Of a DNA stretch of 50,164 nt, positions 46,248 through 50,164 are shown piece by piece. Source of the stretch: Eubacteriales bacterium (GTDB lineage Bacteria > Bacillota > Clostridia > Oscillospirales > CAG-272); assembly GCA_045660125.1 (NCBI GenBank), contig JAZRDG010000053.1, positions 1 through 50,164 on the forward strand, read 5' to 3'. Every line of letters begins with the position of its first letter. Within the stretch, counting starts at the first letter, position 1. The notes under the pieces are model-generated. The model saw nothing but the letters and a program-made list of their open reading frames with translations, ran no database searches and was not told the DNA's origin. The position numbers and the translations under genes are program-made.

Positions 46248-47909
46248 ATGAATCAACTGCAAAAGCTTAACAAATTCAATGGCGTGCAGGGCCCCGTTCT
46301 GACCATCGTGATGGATGGCGTAGGTCTTGCTCCCGATACCGTTTCCAACGCCGTTGCGGGCGCGTACACCCCCACGCTGGATGCTCTGATGAGCAAGTAC
46401 CCCATGGTCAGCCTCAAGGCACACGGCGTAGCTGTGGGCTTGCCCTCTGACGACGATATGGGTAACTCCGAGGTTGGTCACAACGCACTTGGCGCAGGTC
46501 AGGTATTTGCACAGGGCGCAAAGCTGGTTTCCAACTCGATCGAGTCCGGCAAGATGTTCGCATCCGCTACCTGGCAGGAGCTGATCGCAAACGTTAAGGC
46601 AAACGGCTCCACCCTGCACTTTATGGGTCTGTTCTCTGACGGTAACGTGCACTCTCACATCGACCACCTCAAGGCAATGATCACTCACGCTAAGGCTGAC
46701 GGCATCAAGACCGTTCGCGTACACATTCTGCTGGACGGCAGAGACGTAGGTGAGACCAGTGCTCCCGACTACATTCTCCCCTTCGAGGATTTCCTGGCAA
46801 GCCTGAACGATGCTTCCTTTGACGCTAAGATCGCATCCGGCGGCGGCAGAATGACCGTAACCATGGACAGATACGAGGCTAACTGGAGCATGGTGGAAAA
46901 GGGCTGGCACACCCACGTACTGGGCAACGGCAGACAGTTCGCATCCGCTATCGAGGCTTACAACACTCTGCGCGCAGAGACCGGCAAGATCGACCAGGAT
47001 ATCGATCCCTTTGTCATCGCTGCTGACGGCAAGCCCGTAGGCACCATCGAGGACGGCGACAGCGTGATCTTCTACAACTTCCGCGGCGACCGCGCAATCG
47101 AGATCTCCAAGACCTTTGATACCGCAGAGGGTGAATTTGACAAGTTTGACCGCGTACGCTACCCCAAGGTAGTTTATGCAGGCATGCTGGAGTACGATGG
47201 CGACTTGCACATCCCCTCCAAGTACCTGGTAAATCCCCCCGAAATCTCCAACACCATGGGCGAGTACCTTGCTAATACCGGTGTTGCACAGTATGCAATT
47301 TCCGAGACCCAGAAGTACGGTCACGTGACCTATTTCTGGAACGGCAACAAGTCCGGCAAGTTCTCCGAGGAGCTGGAAACCTACGTGGAGATCCCCTCCG
47401 ACGTCGTTCCCTTTGAGCAGCGTCCCTGGATGAAGTGCGCTGAGATCACCGACGAGCTGATCAAGGCTCTGCGCGAGGGCAAGTACACCTACTACCGCGT
47501 CAACTTCCCCAACGGTGACATGGTTGGTCACACCGGCTCTCTGGCAGCAACTCGTTGCTCCATGGAAGCACTTGACCTGCAGCTCGCAAGAATCCTGAAG
47601 GTTGTTGACGAGCTTGGCGGCGTGGCTCTGATCACTGCTGACCACGGCAACGCAGACGAGATGTACGAGATGGACAAGAAGTCCGGCCAGCCCAAGGCAG
47701 ACAAGAACGGCAACTTCAAGGCAAAGACCAGCCACACGCTCAACCCTGTTCCCTGCATCATTTACGATAACACCGATGCAAAGAACAGCTACAGTGTCAA
47801 GGCTGACAACGGCAGCTTCGGTCTTTCCAACGTCGCAGCTACCATGGTTAACCTCATGGGTTACAAGGCTCCCGATATGTGGAATGAGTCGATCATTGAC
47901 GTTGAATAA
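46248..47909 (+). CDS. gpmI: 2,3-bisphosphoglycerate-independent phosphoglycerate mutase
   Basis: MDGVG, MGNSEVGH, DGRD, NFRGDR, SETQK, DMVGHTG, ITADHGN. Confidence 0.95.
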   Translation: MNQLQKLNKFNGVQGPVLTIVMDGVGLAPDTVSNAVAGAYTPTLDALMSKYPMVSLKAHGVAVGLPSDDDMGNSEVGHNALGAGQVFAQGAKLVSNSIESGKMFASATWQELIANVKANGSTLHFMGLFSDGNVHSHIDHLKAMITHAKADGIKTVRVHILLDGRDVGETSAPDYILPFEDFLASLNDASFDAKIASGGGRMTVTMDRYEANWSMVEKGWHTHVLGNGRQFASAIEAYNTLRAETGKIDQDIDPFVIAADGKPVGTIEDGDSVIFYNFRGDRAIEISKTFDTAEGEFDKFDRVRYPKVVYAGMLEYDGDLHIPSKYLVNPPEISNTMGEYLANTGVAQYAISETQKYGHVTYFWNGNKSGKFSEELETYVEIPSDVVPFEQRPWMKCAEITDELIKALREGKYTYYRVNFPNGDMVGHTGSLAATRCSMEALDLQLARILKVVDELGGVALITADHGNADEMYEMDKKSGQPKADKNGNFKAKTSHTLNPVPCIIYDNTDAKNSYSVKADNGSFGLSNVAATMVNLMGYKAPDMWNESIIDVE

Positions 47910-47924
47910 TCAATAAGCAAAAAT

Positions 47925-47953
47925 AAGGGCTTCGCCGTTTGGCGAAGCCCTTT
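47925..47953. terminator. bidirectional terminator
   Basis: aagggcttcgcc-gttt-ggcgaagccctt. Confidence 0.85.
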
Positions 47954-47957
47954 GATT

Positions 47958-49835
47958 TTACTGTATCAATGCTTTGACTGTTTTTTCAACACACGCAGCA
48001 TCAATCCCTGCGGTGGTATAGACCGACTCGTTCTTTGTCTGCACGACAAAGTTGTCGTCAATTGCCATGATAGCATGGCGAGGCAACGTGCCCTTTCTTG
48101 CCATGGCGTCGGACAGCATCATGCCAAAGCCGCCTGCGCGGATCTCTTCCTCCAAGAAGACGATGGGGGTAGCGGCATTATCTGTCAGCTCAGATATCCG
48201 AGCTGCGAGCTTATCGTAAGGCTTGATGTATTCGCAAAGCAGAATACCCGCGCGAATGCCCTGTTCTGCCAAGGTCTCTGCCGCCTTGATCGCCTCGCGC
48301 ACGATCTTGCCGTGCGTGACGATGAGGCACTGCGCGTCTTTGGTATTCCATGCGCGCACGTCGATATCCTCGTATGCTTCGTTCGGATAAAATCTTGCCA
48401 GCACGTCGTCGTGCTCCCTGCCGTTGGGGTAACGGATCGCCACGGGGCAGCCGTCATTGATCGCTGCTTTGAGCGACAGTGCAAGTCCGTCGGTTGTTAC
48501 GGGTGTGTAGATCTTGACGCCAGGAATATGCGACAGAAACGCCACGTCGAAAATGCCGTGATGCGTCGCGCCGTCCGCTGCGCTGATGCCTGCGCGGTCA
48601 ATGCACATGACCAGCGGCAGATTCTGCAAGGCAGCGTCATGAATGATCTGGTCATACGCTCTTTGCAGGAACGTGGAATACACCGCAAACACGGGGATAT
48701 AGCCGTTTGCAGACATGGCTGCGCCAAAGGTTACGGCGTGCTCCTCTGCAATGCCCACGTCAAAATATCTGTCGGGATGCGCTTTATGGAAGATCTCCAA
48801 GCCCGTACCGTCGCCCATAGCTGCCGTAATGGCGCAAATGCGCGCGTCTTTCTCTGCAAGTTCGGTCAGCACCTGACCGCAAACGGTGGAGAAGCTTTGC
48901 TTTTGCGATGCCTTTCCCACGGGAGCAACACCGTGATATGCCGTAGGTGCTTGCTCTGCGGGCTGATATCCCAAGCCCTTGCGCGTTTTGACGTGAATGA
49001 TCACGCTCTCATCCAAATTCTTTGCCTCGCGCAAGAGTGCCTCGATCGCCATGGCGTCGTTTCCGTCCACGGGACCAAGATAAGTCAAGCCAAGATCCTC
49101 GAAATAGTTACTGCCGTACAGGAAGTTTTTAACGCCCATCTTGACGCGCTTGACAGCGGAAAACAAGGGCTTACCGACAAGCGGAATGCTCTTGAGTACG
49201 TTTCGCGTGACTTTTTTGGCTTTGAAATACGCTTTTCTGCGGCGAATGCGTGCCAGGCTGTTGGCAAAGCGGCCCGTATTCTTGGCGATCGACATCTCGT
49301 TTTCATTGAGCACGATGATCAGTCGCAGATCCTTTTCCACGTTGTTGAGTGCCTCGTGCACCATGCCGCCCGTAAACGCACCGTCACCGATCACGGCGAT
49401 CGAATACGCATCCGAGCCCGCAAGCTTATCGGTGATGGCAAAGCCGAGCGCTGCAGAGATCGAGGTCGAGCTGTGCCCTGCGCCAAACGGATCGTGCGCG
49501 CTCTCGCTTCTCTTGGTAAAGCCCGAGAGCCCGCCGCTCTGTCGCAGCGTGTCAAAGCGGTCAAGTCTGCCCGTCAGCAGCTTATGTACGTAGCATTGGT
49601 GTCCCACGTCCCAAATGATATGGTCCTTGGGGGAATCAAACACGCGATGCAATGCCACGCTCAGCTCAACCACGCCGAGATTGGATGCAAGGTGTCCACC
49701 ATTTTCGCTGACGCGCTCGATCAAAAATTCTCTGATCTCTCTGTTCAGGCAAAGTATTGCCTGCTCGTCAAGCGATTTGAGTGCTTGCGCATCGCTCATC
49801 TTGCCAAGATACTGATATTTTGAAGTGTCCTGCAT
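47958..49835 (-). CDS. dxs: 1-deoxy-D-xylulose-5-phosphate synthase
   Basis: GGHLASNLG, WDVGHQ, GHSSTSIS, GDGA...NENEMSI, DVGIAEEHA, YSTFLQRAYDQ. Confidence 0.95.
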   Translation of the reverse strand: MQDTSKYQYLGKMSDAQALKSLDEQAILCLNREIREFLIERVSENGGHLASNLGVVELSVALHRVFDSPKDHIIWDVGHQCYVHKLLTGRLDRFDTLRQSGGLSGFTKRSESAHDPFGAGHSSTSISAALGFAITDKLAGSDAYSIAVIGDGAFTGGMVHEALNNVEKDLRLIIVLNENEMSIAKNTGRFANSLARIRRRKAYFKAKKVTRNVLKSIPLVGKPLFSAVKRVKMGVKNFLYGSNYFEDLGLTYLGPVDGNDAMAIEALLREAKNLDESVIIHVKTRKGLGYQPAEQAPTAYHGVAPVGKASQKQSFSTVCGQVLTELAEKDARICAITAAMGDGTGLEIFHKAHPDRYFDVGIAEEHAVTFGAAMSANGYIPVFAVYSTFLQRAYDQIIHDAALQNLPLVMCIDRAGISAADGATHHGIFDVAFLSHIPGVKIYTPVTTDGLALSLKAAINDGCPVAIRYPNGREHDDVLARFYPNEAYEDIDVRAWNTKDAQCLIVTHGKIVREAIKAAETLAEQGIRAGILLCEYIKPYDKLAARISELTDNAATPIVFLEEEIRAGGFGMMLSDAMARKGTLPRHAIMAIDDNFVVQTKNESVYTTAGIDAACVEKTVKALIQ

Positions 49836-50046
49836 ACTCTGCCCTCCCTTCTTGTTCATAACTATAGTATTATATCACACTTTTTGTACAAATGCAAATC
49901 ATTTTTACGGTTTTTTGAAAAAAACGACTGTTTTTTTGCGCTTTTGCGCCTATAAGCCTGTTATTTCCAAAAAACTCTTGACAAATCCGCGCATATCATA
50001 TATAATGTTGAGTAACATTTTGAATTAAGGAGATTAGAATTTTACT

Positions 50047-50164
50047 ATGGACGCGGACAGTATACGATTATTTTTGCTTTTAATCGTATTTGTTGCCCTT
50101 GTATCCTGCAGTGGATACTTTTCGGGCGCGGAAAGCGCTTTTACTACGCTTAATAAAATCAGAA
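50047..50164 (+). CDS. hemolysin/CNNM (DUF21) family protein, N-terminus only
   Basis: MDADSIRLFLLLIVFVALVSCSGYFSGAESAFTTLNKIR; TTGACA..TATAAT promoter and AAGGAG RBS upstream. Confidence 0.8.
   Translation, partial: MDADSIRLFLLLIVFVALVSCSGYFSGAESAFTTLNKIR

Overview
About 50 kb of chromosome from an anaerobic Firmicute (Clostridia-like, judged from gene content and sigma-A promoters/RBS). The backbone is housekeeping: dusB, cinA/pncC-like, pfkA, GH1 beta-glucosidase, folD, lgt, two M16 peptidases, flap endonuclease, Mrp/ApbC, gpmI, dxs and tRNA-Arg(CCT). It also holds a 10-gene operon for an electron-bifurcating [FeFe]-hydrogenase with an embedded regulatory module and a sensory-type hydrogenase-like protein. 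AT-richer accessory genes are interspersed, with no integrase or transposase in the window. The strongest unexplained signal is at 28.4-32.7 kb: co-oriented unrelated ORFs behind a strong promoter, with a short palindromic motif (CAAATTCCAATTTG(A/T)CGAG-like) at five gene boundaries, plus a duplicated promoter module and a duplicated terminator. This looks like an integron-like gene-cassette array. Other oddities are a GNAT-RluA fusion, an orphan Nmad3 gene, a tRNA followed by antisense and decoy copies of its own 3' half, three families of REP-like palindromes, and ECF-type promoters in front of related 'ESYP' lipoproteins. All family calls are by eye from motifs; no searches were run.
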